Below are positions 27,054 through 37,900 of a stretch of 57,315 bases of DNA, piece by piece (positions within the stretch are counted from its first letter, which is position 1; each line of letters opens with the position of its first letter). The stretch covers positions 1,741 to 59,055 of the forward strand of contig BLSG01000207.1 of NCBI GenBank assembly GCA_012862495.1, written 5' to 3'. Both the position numbers and the translations under genes were made by a program. The notes below the pieces were generated by a model. The model was not told the origin of the DNA. It was given only the letters and a program-made list of their open reading frames with translations, and did no database searches. The stretch comes from Thraustochytrium aureum (lineage: Eukaryota).

Positions 27054-27197
27054 AAGCGAGTTTCCTCGGGCTGCGCAGGCCAGACCGGCCCGCCCGACTA
27101 GAAGCGGCGATCGCAAATCCAAAGCGGGAGCCTATGAGTGCCCCCACAGCGCTCGGGCTGCGCGCGACGAGACATTGTCACAAAAAAAACTAGAAAA

Positions 27198-28670
27198 CTA
27201 AGTGTCCAACAGCGTATCAAAGTTGATGTAGGGCTCGTAGTGCTCGATCGCAGCCGTCGTGCGCGTCGAGTCGAGCGCGCTGAGCTTGGCAGTGTACCCA
27301 GAAAGCTGCAGCATTGCGTCGTATGTTGAGAGATTAGCATGCAGTACAGGCGACTGCTGGTTCTTCAAAGCGTCGACCATAGAGTCAGGGAGGGCGTGCC
27401 GCGGAACCTCGCCTGCGAGGATCAGCCCGGCCCGCCACGGAGCCCCCCAGCGCTCCTCATGGATGCCGCTGTGCGCAACGAACCCCAGCACAATATCAAC
27501 ACGCGACGAGTGCGTGACGAACAGCGTTTTGGAGTGCTTTTCGTTGTGGAGCCGGTCCATGAAGCGGCCGAGCCCCATAGCGACGAGCGTCGTGTTGTTG
27601 AAGTGCCAAAGCTTTGACTGCTGCGTTCCGCACAGCGTCTCGGTCTTGAAGAGTTGCTCAAAGTCCAGCATTGTTGGGGCAGCCAAGTACGAAGCGTCCG
27701 GGACGACGCCCAGGAGCGGGATGTCCCACCGCTTCAGCGCTTTGCCGAAATATTCGCCAATCTGGGTTGGGGTGGACGGATTTGAGGGCGGGCGGGGGGG
27801 AGGTGACGTGGGGGAGTCAGAAACGCTACAGCCATCTCTTAAGAGCCTGGCGAAGCGAACTTGAAGGGCCGATGGTGCAAGGCTCGACTTACCATCCCAA
27901 GCTTGTCGTGCTTCACCTTATTCACAAGGACGCCACGAATGCGCACGCCGTGGTGCTGGCACAATAGCCGATTCAGAGCGAGCTCGTCGAAGGCGCTTCC
28001 CAGGCCACCGTTCACAATGAGGATCATGTCCAGGCCAAGCAAGGAGGCCACGCGGGCATTGTCGAGATTCACGATGCTGCCCACACCACAGTGTCCAGTG
28101 CCCTCCACGACAGTAAAGTCGTTCTTTGCGCCGAGGCTGGCGTACGCGTGCTTGATGGCGGCGATCTGCTCTTCTTCGGTGATGAGCCCGTCGAGGAACT
28201 TGCGCGTGTATCCGCTGCGCGACAAGGCCGAGTCCGCTCGCGCGTCAGCGACATCTGAGCGACAGTGCGAGCGTGGGGCAACGTCGTTGCGACACCTACC
28301 TTGGAATGACCACGGGCGACATCTCTTCGTACTCGCACGTTGTGAGATTGAAGTACTCTTTGAAGAGCTTGACATCCTTGTCCACTTTGAGGCTGTCGCC
28401 CACGAGGACATGGCGTTGGCCGACCGGTTTCTATCCCGCAAGTGCACGTGTCAGCACAACTGCGCGCCCTCCCTCGCGCCGCTGCGCGCAGCTTGCCATC
28501 CATCCATCCATCCATCCATCCATCTATCGTCCACTCACCAAAAACCCAATATTCTTCAACCGCTTGCGCAAGCCCGACATGACAGCCAGGCACGAGGTTG
28601 TCTTCCCGACGTGCTGCCTGGTCGCCGCCACGAACACGCCTTTCGACTTGGCCCTCCCGATCGCCGCCAT
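27198..28670 (-). CDS. BioD-like (AAA_26) P-loop + DRTGG protein resembling the N-terminal part of phosphotransacetylase; 4 exons
   Basis: VFVAATRQHVGKTT P-loop, FLKPVGQ, VVEGTGHCGVGS, NGGLGSAFDELALN, GVLVNKV; GT-AG introns 28431-28538, 28215-28299, 27762-27892 splice in frame; frame stays open upstream of ATG 28670 to the gap. Confidence 0.8.
28497..28523. repeat. (CATC)n microsatellite inside intron 1 of the BioD-like gene
   Basis: About seven tandem units. Confidence 0.85.
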
Positions 28671-29022
28671 CTCCTCCAGCCGCTCCCTCCGCAGCGACCA
28701 ACCTGCCCGCCCTCGCCAACTCGCACGCCAACTTGCACGACGCCCACCGCCCTCCACGAAGTCACTCTTCAGCAAGCCACGGCGCGAGTCTCGCCCGCCC
28801 TGCGCCTGCCTGNNNNNNNNNNNNNNNNNNNNNNNNNNNNNNNNNNNNNNNNNNNNNNNNNNNNNNNNNNNNNNNNNNNNNNNNNNNNNNNNNNNNNNNN
28901 NNNNNNNNNNNNNNNNNNNNNNNNNNNNNNNNNNNNNNNNNNNNNNNNNNNNNNNNNNNNNNNNNNNNNNNNNNNNNNNNNNNNNNNNNNNNNNNNNNNN
29001 NNNNNNNNNNNNNNNAGGAAGG

Positions 29023-29217
29023 ATGCTTCGTCGCAAGCCGACGAGGATTGAGCTCAAGCAGGAGGACATCGCGGAGTTTGAGCTGATTCGGCAGCAGCAA
29101 CAGCAGCAGCAGACGCAGCAACGCGACGCGCTGCCGCAGGATAGGAAGAGGTATGACCCGCGCAGGGCGCGGGGGTCGCTGACGGCGGAGCAGCGGATTC
29201 GAGGGACCGGCCAGTGA
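29023..29217 (+). CDS. CDC26: Anaphase-promoting complex subunit CDC26 (APC12), 64 aa
   Basis: Diagnostic N-terminus MLRRKPTRIELKQEDIAEFE; short length; internal poly-Q. Confidence 0.9.
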   Translation: MLRRKPTRIELKQEDIAEFELIRQQQQQQQTQQRDALPQDRKRYDPRRARGSLTAEQRIRGTGQ

Positions 29218-29370
29218 CCTCGTGGGCGGAAGGCTCGCTTGCAGGTAGACAAGCTGCATGCACTTGATTTGTTCAGTTTTCCCCCTTGTTTTCGTTTCTG
29301 AAGGTCGGGTGGAGTGTCGTAAGTAGATAGGTGGGCGCCCGCAGCACCTCCAGAGAAGTCCTGCGGGTCT

Positions 29371-30368
29371 TTACGAGAAGATGACCACAGGCCCCTTCTC
29401 CAGCGTTTCGATCGCGCGCTCGACTTTCTTGAGCATCGTCTCGAGCCGCTCCTTCCTGCGACCCCGCGAGTCGGTCAGCCGCATTGTCACGCGTGGGCTC
29501 TCTGCCAAAGCGGGTTGCAAACTTACCGCTGCACCTTGCCGGCCGTGTCAAGGTTGGCAACATGAGCCTGGCGCTGGTATTGCCGGTTGTACTCGTCCCA
29601 CTTGTCTTTGAGCTGCTCAATCATAGCCAAGCGTTGCTCCTCGCTCAATTCGTGCTCGCGGCTCTTGGCCTCTACCTCGGCCTCCTCCCGCTCCCGAATG
29701 GCAAAGTTGAGCGCTTCGTGCTCCTTGCGGATCTCCGCCTTGACGCGCGAGAGGTAGCGGGGCGCCTTCCCGTAGTCCTTCTTTTCCACATACCGCTTTG
29801 GAGCTACTGACAGTTTCGTCTCGGAGCCTGCGCGCAGAGTCCGCCGGTGGACGGGGTTAGCGGGCGCGCGGCGCAACCCAGCCAGAGTGCACGCGGAGGC
29901 GCACTTACCGTGCAAGATAGCCTGAATGGCGTTTGCCATGACAAAGTTCTTCTTCGTGCGGAGCCCAGAGGTGACTTGGATCTCATTGCGCTGGAGGGTT
30001 GAGCGAAAGTCAGCTCGTGCGCATGAAATGCTGCAGTTGCGCTGCGCAAGCATGCTGCTGAAACGTACCCTGGGCACTGTTGGCCTCGTCTTGATGCGCT
30101 GGCCGATTTGGTAGCCTACGTTCGGAGAGGGCAGAGAACACGCCGCGAGATTGGTTGGTCGGTCAGCACGGGAGCAGCACGCTGCCGCCGCGCACGGGCT
30201 GCAGAACTTACCGTCACCGACGTATTGCGGGTTGAAGCTCGACTGCACAAGCTTCGGGTCAGGGTTGTGCTTGGACTTGTACCGATGCTGCACTTTGGTA
30301 GGCCTAGAAACAGCTGGCTGCGCATCGTCGTTAAGCCAATCGCGAAGGTTCTCAGGCTTGCCAGACAT
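29371..30368 (-). CDS. ENKUR: Enkurin-domain protein (ciliary microtubule inner protein family); 5 exons
   Basis: KKNFVMANAIQAI, YVEKKDYGKAPRYL, LSEEQRLAMIEQLKDKWDEYNRQYQ, KVQRKERLETMLKKVERAIETLEKGPVVI; introns 30116-30211, 29991-30068, about 29804-29908 (acceptor ambiguous), 29456-29526. Confidence 0.8.
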
Positions 30369-30924
30369 CCTGGCCAACCTCGCGAACTGCCGCTGCCCTC
30401 ACCTCGCCCTCGCTCTCGCCCCGAACGACCGCGACAGTGCCGCAGACCTCAGACCGTGATAACCGTTTGCAGCGTCTTTGCCTGGCGCTTTGCTCTTCTC
30501 TGGCGGCGGGCAACTTGCTCGTCTGCCACTGCTCTCGTCGCCGCCGCTGTTGCCGACACGTCACTGCTCAGTCGCCGCTGCTGCTGTGGCCGACACATCA
30601 TTCACTGAGCGGAGAGCGTCCGCATCAACGGATACTTTTCATCTTCCGAATCCAAGAACTTTTGTCCCAGAACTGTGCGACTGCCAGACTGTGCTGCCGC
30701 CGGCCAATCTGACTGGGCCGTGGCCGGCGCAGGCCGTCGCGCCGAGAGAAGCAGTCACGATCTCATGCTTATATGCTTTAGGAGGGAGTAGGGACGAACG
30801 TGCCTAATAGTTGCTGCTGGCCTGGCCCACCTCGCCGCGCCAGTCTCTCAGTCACCGCAAGCAAACATTCGTTCTTCGTGGCTTCGCTTGCGCACGGGGC
30901 TCTGCGCTAAAACGCACTCACTGG

Positions 30925-33457
30925 TCAGCAGATGACGCACGCCGACCTGCGCGGCTCGTCCATGGTCGGGCCGGAGTCAAAGTCAACCTGGCAGCCGATG
31001 AGCTCTTCAAAAAAGGTTGCTGGGCGGACGTACTCGACGCTCTTGAACACCTTCTTATGGTGATCGTCGGTGAGGGCCAGCGACTTTCGACGGTCGCGAC
31101 GCGTCGGCTCGTTGCCGTCCCACTCTGCCTGCTGGAACTCCGCATTGACCGAATTCGATGGGGGCCGAAACGGAGGCACGATGTGGCGCTTCTCCAGACG
31201 AATCCAGTCAATCCCACGGAAAAAAGGGTGCCGCATTATCTCTTGCGCCCCACTGGGACCACAGCCAATCCGCTTCGTCGGATCATGGTGAAGCAGGCGC
31301 TCAATTAGATCCTTGGCTGCAGGGGTGAGGCCAGAGAGCGGCTTTGGGACTCGATTCGGGTCGGTTTTTCGCTTTCGAAGTTCGCTCCGGTTGCGCTCCA
31401 AGGAGTTGAGCGCGCTTTCGGTCCAGCGGATCTTGCCCGAGACCATGTTGCGCACAAGCGTGCGGTGCGAGCGTTTAGGCCCCCGACTAAATGGCAGGCG
31501 CCCCAGGTTGTAAAACTGGTGCAGAATCACGCCCAGCGCAAACCAGTCAACCGAGGTGCCATAATTCTCATACCTGGGGAACTGAAAGTCTTGCGGCTCG
31601 GCCTCTGACACGCTTAGCCGACGGTTGAACTCGCCAATCTCGGTTTCCGCTGCCGTGCTAAGCTTGTGCAAGTTGAGATGCTCCCCTTCCTGGCTCGCCT
31701 TTGGCGAGTCAAGCGGTATGATCTTGTGCTGGTCTGTCACTGGCGAGAGCGGAAGCGGGCTGTCCAGACGTTGAGACTCGGGAATGCGAGTACCCGCAAG
31801 GACAGAGCCGGTGCGACCCCCAGTCGTGACTCTCGTCGTTGCACCTGTCGTATCGCCGATATCGATGCGAGTGCTCCGCCAGGTCATGTTGGAAAGCGAG
31901 CTTCGCAGGCTCGAGAGCAGCTTGGTATTGCGGATTCCGCTGTTCCGCTTCGAGACGCTGGAGGCGCGGGCGCGTCGGTCCCAGCAGGGCCCAAGGTACA
32001 TCTCGGGAGCAATGTAGCCTGGCGTTCCACAACACTGGTCATGCCGGAGTTCCTCGGCGTTGTCGGAAGTTACGCTCAGGCCAAAGTCCGAGATACAAAC
32101 GTACCCCTCTGCGTCAAGGATGGCATTGCTTGGCTTGAGATCGCGGTGGATTACGTTGCGCGAGTGCAGGTATGCGATGCCGAGAACGAGACACGCCGTC
32201 CAGAACTTGGAGACCTCGTTCTCGATGACGGTCATCCGGCGGAGATGAAACTTGATCTCCCCACCAGGAAGGATGTCGAGCAAAAAGTAAATGCTCGTGT
32301 CGTCGGAAAACACCTGGTGGAGTCGCGCGCAAAAGGGGTAGTCGCACTTTTTCAGGATGGTTGCCTCGTTCACGACGGTGTTCATCCTCTTTTTCGTAAT
32401 AATCCTGACCTTGGACATCTCCTTGAGCGCGTAAATGCCGCCCGTGTCCAGCACGCGCACGGCGTGCACTTTGCCGAAACCGCCCTCGCCCATTACCCCG
32501 GAGCCTCTCGTAGTCTTCCGACTTGCGCGGCTTGGTCGCATAATTTTCGAACCGCGACAGGATGCTCCCTTGTTGGGACTCGACAAAACCTGGCACGTGA
32601 TCACGCAGCTGCTCCATGGCGCATTCCCGCGCACCTCGAAGAATTCCGGCAGCCACAGTCTCCGAAAAGCCAGGGAGCGATAATGGCGAGAACGGGCTCA
32701 TCGGCTCGTCGTCGTGTTGATTGGACTCCTCTATCATCCCTAAGAAAGAAAGCTCCGAGTCTCGCCGAGACCTATGACTTGCATCCAACGAGGAGCGCTC
32801 GACCTCTGCCTCGTTTTCGGGCGCTTCTCTTGCCGAACTGTCTTGCCGGAGGCTTGGTCGCGGTGAGCTTGTCGCGTGCTTGTTGGCCTTGACCGAGCCG
32901 CCCTCCGTCGCAGGCTCACCATCAACACTTCCGGCTTCAGGACCACTTTGGCGGGAAGGACTTGGGGTCTCTGCCGGGCTTTGGCTTGCTTGTAAGGCCT
33001 CTTGGCGCGAGGAGTGACGCTCAAGGGCTGAACTGGCGGAATACTCTAGATGTTGCGCCGTCGACTCGCGCGCCATAGCCATCGTCTCGTCGTCGGCTTT
33101 CTCCCCAGGTCGTCCAATATAGAACTTTGATGCTGGTTCCAAGTACAATCGCGCCAATCGGCGCAGCGCAACGTTTTGCAAAGAGCCCTCGGGCAGGGAA
33201 GCGCATTCTTCAGCTGCTTCGACGAATAAGAGGAGTTGCAAGCGGTCTTTCGATGCCAGGTACCGCCAGAACAGCGAGCGCTTGACGCTATTTGCAAGAA
33301 TGTCCTCGACTTGGAGCGAGTCTCGGAGCGCCTGCACCAGGTTGCCGAGATTGCTGCTGGTGATTTGCCTTTTCGTGTGCAGCACCGAAAAGCGGCAAAT
33401 CGCTGTCTGAGCCTCGAGGAGGCGGCGGTCCTCAACGACTTGGTTCAAGACGTTCAT
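30925..33457 (-). CDS. GRK-like kinase: N-terminal helix + RGS-homology domain + AGC kinase + C-terminal CaaX (CVIC)
   Basis: MNVLNQVVEDRRLLEA resembles the GRK alphaN helix; RGS-like VEDILANSVKRSLFWRYL...LLFVEAAEE...LARLYL; GEGGFGKV, YALKEM, HRDLKPSN, DFG, GTPGYIAPE, SVDWFALG, HPFFRGIDW..PPFRPP..VNA; one extra G near 32498 joins two ORFs. Confidence 0.8.
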
Positions 33458-34370
33458 CGTCTACCGCCGAGCACGGCGTTGCCTCCGCCAGCGCGCCGCG
33501 TCGCGCCAGACGCTGGTGTCCTGTTGTCCTTTCGGCCTCGACGGGCGCCCACGTCTCTCCCGGGCCTTTTCCTCAGCGCGCGCGGGAGGCAGCAGCAGGC
33601 TGCCCCTCGACAAGGCCTCTGCGCGGTGGCGCCGCTGCTCGCGTCCCTCGGTGCCCAGCACCGCGAGGCGTTTGTCCAGCTCAGCTCAGTGCTGGGGAGT
33701 TGTCCGTGCAATAATAGATGCGTTTTTCCGTTTTCCTCGCCTTCGCTCTGCGTTGAATGCAACCGACTCGCGACAGGGCTTGCGAGGAAGGAACGATGCG
33801 TCTTTCTCAAGGGAAACCTCGACCTCGAAGGGCGGGTCGCCTGCGGCTGTCCTTGGCACCCACATTGAGAGTACATCGGAGCGAGACTTGGCGGTCAAGG
33901 TTGTGGGTGCCGAGTGCCTCGCTACACAGCCGCCTGCGGCAAGCACAAGCAAGACTACCTACCAACTCCCCCAGACGGATTTTTAAGTTCGCCGAGCGAC
34001 GAGGCCCGGGACGAGCAATTCCTCGCCTTGCGCAACAAACCTCCAGCTTGGCCCGCGCACGGATCCGTTGGAATGCGCTCTGGTAATCCACTCACTCCTC
34101 ACGCCTGCAGCGATTCACCTTTTGATTTTTTGATTGAGCGGAAGAAGGGAAGGGGGAAGGCGGCGGCAGCACGCTGACTGTAGAGAGAGAAGAGTACTCT
34201 ACTCCACTCTACATACGGCGGTCGGCTCCGCGATATAGATCCGGTTTCAGGCCGCCGGCAGTCCACGGCCCATCGCATCGCCGGCGCTTTCCCCACACCC
34301 GCGATGCCAGAGTCCAGCGCCCCAGGAAAGCCCCTCTGGAGCGCTGCCATGGGGAACAAAGAACAGATCA

Positions 34371-34386
34371 CGTAACCCTAACCTAG
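34371..34386 (+). promoter_or_regulatory. Telomere-repeat-like (telo-box-like) motif CGTAACCCTAACCTAG
   Basis: Between divergent GRK-like and NAA15 starts; second copy at 22451. Confidence 0.3.
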
Positions 34387-34500
34387 GCGCCCTAACTGAC
34401 AAAGATAGGAGTGGATGGCGGAGAGGCAGAGGGCGGCGGAGCCACACATGCTAGCAAGCAGACGACAGACTGACAGGCAGCAAGCAGACACCAGTCGCTG

Positions 34501-34573
34501 AGCAGCAGGCAGGCGCGCGGGCAGGCACGCACGCACGCAGGCAGGCACGCAGGCAGGCAGCAGGCAGGCAGGC
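34501..34573. repeat. (GCAG/GCAC)n microsatellite running into gap
   Basis: Seen directly. Confidence 0.8.
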
Positions 34574-34965
34574 NNNNNNNNNNNNNNNNNNNNNNNNNNN
34601 NNNNNNNNNNNNNNNNNNNNNNNNNNNNNNNNNNNNNNNNNNNNNNNNNNNNNNNNNNNNNNNNNNNNNNNNNNNNNNNNNNNNNNNNNNNNNNNNNNNN
34701 NNNNNNNNNNNNNNNNNNNNNNNNNNNNNNNNNNNNNNNNNNNNNNNNNNNNNNNNNNNNNNNNNNNNNNNNNNNNNNNNNNNNNNNNNNNNNNNNNNNN
34801 NNNNNNNNNNNNNNNNNNNNNNNNNNNNNNNNNNNNNNNNNNNNNNNNNNNNNNNGGGCGCGGCTGGCCGCAGTGACCTGAGCACCGTCCAGTCGGGAGC
34901 GGCGCAGCGAGGGAGCGAGGGAGGGGTCCTGTGGCGGGGCTTGGTGGTCGGGGAAGGGGGCCGAG

Positions 34966-37900
34966 ATGGGGAGCGTCGGCGAAGATCCGACGCAGGTGCT
35001 CGGGTCCAAAGAGCTGAGCGCGTTCAGGTCCCTGCCGAAGCTTCAAGACAGAAACAGTACAAGAAGGCGCTCAAGACCGCGGATGGGATCCTAAAGGTGA
35101 ACCCAAACCACGGCGAGACCTATCTCGTTCAAGGCCCTGACGCTCAACTCGCTCGGGCGCAAGGAGGAGGCGTACCAGCTTGCCAAGCTGGGCCTCATGA
35201 AGGCCAAGATGCGCAGCCACGTCTCCTGGCACGTCTACGGGCTGATTTACAGGTCCGACCGCAACTACGCCGAGGCCATCAAGTGCTACCACAAGTCCCT
35301 CTCGCTTAACGACAGCGCCTTGGTGCTCAAGGACCTCGGCACGCTGCAGATTCAGATCCGGGACCTGAAGGGCTACGCAGAAACGCGCAAACAGCTGCTG
35401 GTGAAGCGCTCAGAGCAGCGCAGCAACTGGGTCGGTTTTAGGTACGTCGCTCAACCTTGTCTGTCGCGCGCTTGCCTCGCACTGCACACCACGGCTCGAT
35501 CGAAGCCCATCGGAACGCCCGCTTGCGGAATTTACGCTTCCAGATGGGTCAAAACGATGCCAAGAGCACCATGCCACGGTAATGGTCGCGGCCGCAACAG
35601 TTTTACCCCCACTTGTTGGTTGCACTACCCAACTGAGGCACATCTCCCTTGCTTTGTTTGCCCGAGCCTCCTTGCTGACGTCGGCGCTCTGGCTGTTGCA
35701 GCATGGCCCACCACATGTGCGGCAACTACAAGATGGCCCTTCTGCTTCTGGATACAACCATTTCCAACTTGCGCGAGAACGCTCGTGAAAAGTACGAGCA
35801 GAGCGAGATTTTTCTGTACAAAGCTCTCCTCATGGAGGAGGCAGGGATCACGGAGGGAGCTCTCCAGTTCCTCGAGACCCTGGAAGACCGTATTACGGAC
35901 AAGGATGGCCTCCTGGTGAAGAAAGCCGCGCTGCTCCTCAAGCTCGGCCGCTTCGGGGAGGCCAGGGCCATCTACGAGTCTCTGCTCAAGATCAACCCGG
36001 AGTGCTACGACTACCATCGGGGCATGCAGGTACGTCTGTCGCCGGCCGCCCGTTGCTGCTAGCGTTTGCCCGTGTTTGCCTTGCTTGTAGTGTCGCCGCT
36101 GGCCGGCAGTGCCTGCCTTGAACCGCGAACCACTCTGCCACGACCGCCCGGTTTTGCCTCCGTACTGGTGCGAGTTGCCAAGGGATCGCGAAGAGCATAA
36201 GCGTGGGCTACAGCACGCGCCGCGCCGCCTCGTGCGGTGCGGGACCGCGTGGCCCGCGCGAAAGACTCTCGTTTCGCACTTGTCTTGCTCGGCGTCCCTG
36301 TTTCTTCCGTCTTGGCCTGACCACTCCCTTGCTGACACGCTACGCTCTGGGTCTCGACATGCAGGCGGCTCACTTTCGGCTGAAAGACGTCTCAGAGATG
36401 CGGGGTTGCCGCTTGCCCTCGCAAGAGCAGAGGTACGTTGACGGTGCTTGCGCGCGTCGAGCAGGTCGAGGGGCATGGTTGTCCATGACGAGACTATTTC
36501 GCGTGTGATGTGGCGCTCTCTGTCCTGGAACGCGAGTACGCGATAGAACCCTCTGGGAGCCAAGTGGCTACGCTGATCCAACAGGCACACTTGTTGTGCG
36601 GTCCGAGACATCCATGCCCAGATTTGGCTCGACGTGGCTCTGCTTGTTTGTTTGCATGGCTGTTCTGACTCACTTGAGTGCCCTTTTACAGCCTATCCGA
36701 GACGCAGCGCAAGGAGCTGCTTGAGATATACGACACGCTCCTTGCGGCCAACCCGCGCGCGGTCGCTTTCAAGCGCATTATGCTAGACGTGGTCAGCGGA
36801 GAAGAATTTACCAAACGCGTTAGTGCGTTCTTGCGCGCAGGCCTCCGGAAGGGCATTCCGTCGCTTTTCTCGACGCTGCGGCCCATCTACAAGGCAGCGT
36901 TCGGCCGCCGCGCCGCCAAGGGCCACTTCCAGAGCAACGACCGTGCTCGGCCTAGCCCCGAAGCACGCCAAGCTGCCCTGGGCCGCGTGGAGATTATCGG
37001 GCAAGTCGTCGAGAGCTACATCGCGTCTCTGCGTGCGACGGGCCGCTTGCCCGCTGAGGACGGCGACGACCAGGAGGCGGAGGCGCCGACCGTCATGCTC
37101 TGGGTCCTGTACTTTTATGCTCAACACAAGGACATGTTTGGCGACCAGGTACGTCCAATACGGCGGATGGAGAGGGCGCAATCTCGATGTGGTGGTTTTT
37201 GCTTGCGTGCGCGGTTGGGGCGAACGGGTCGAGCCTGGGACAACCCTGGTGATGCGACATAAACAATGCAGAAACTTGAATTCCGATCTAGGCTGCGGAA
37301 AACCGCTGTGTCTGACGGGCGTCAAGGCTCGAGGAGTGGACTAGTGTGGTGGTGGTGTGCGGTTGGGCTGTGTTGTGCTATTTCATGTTGTTGGCAGCGG
37401 CTTGACTTTGCTCCCGTGTGACGAGACAAAAACGCAATCACAGACCTGTTCTGAATGACTGTGATGCGACATTGCTAATTTATTCCGACGGCTCGGAGGG
37501 CCGCTGTCAACAATGATTTCGAAACTGCACAGCGGTGGATCGGTCAGGGGTTGGGGATGTGTGAAGGAGAGGTGCCGTTGCAAGCGTGGACGCGCATTTG
37601 CTGACTATGACGATGCGGCGCAGGAAGCGGCTCTGAAGGCGATCGACGAGGCGATCGAGCACACGCCTACGCTCGTGGATCTTTATCATGTAAGTATTCA
37701 TTGCCCCGGCGCCCGGCGATGCGCGCCAGTGCGGTTTTTCCAACATGGCCGGCTCCCCTCCTCCCTCTTCGCGCGAATCCCCTTCCCCATCTCTTCGCTT
37801 GGAGTCGCACGTGGGACAAGATGTTCGAAAAATTCTTATTCTACACCTTTCGAGTGGCGCGGCCAATGTGCCGCGTCACATGAAAACAGTACATTTCGCT

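Noticed and set aside
37501..37535. SECIS-like hairpin (CCGCTGT...ATGA...AAA...ACAGCGG)
   Set aside because: Intronic, lacks the 3' GA quartet and proper helix II; the 5' arm is better explained as the snoRNA outer stem
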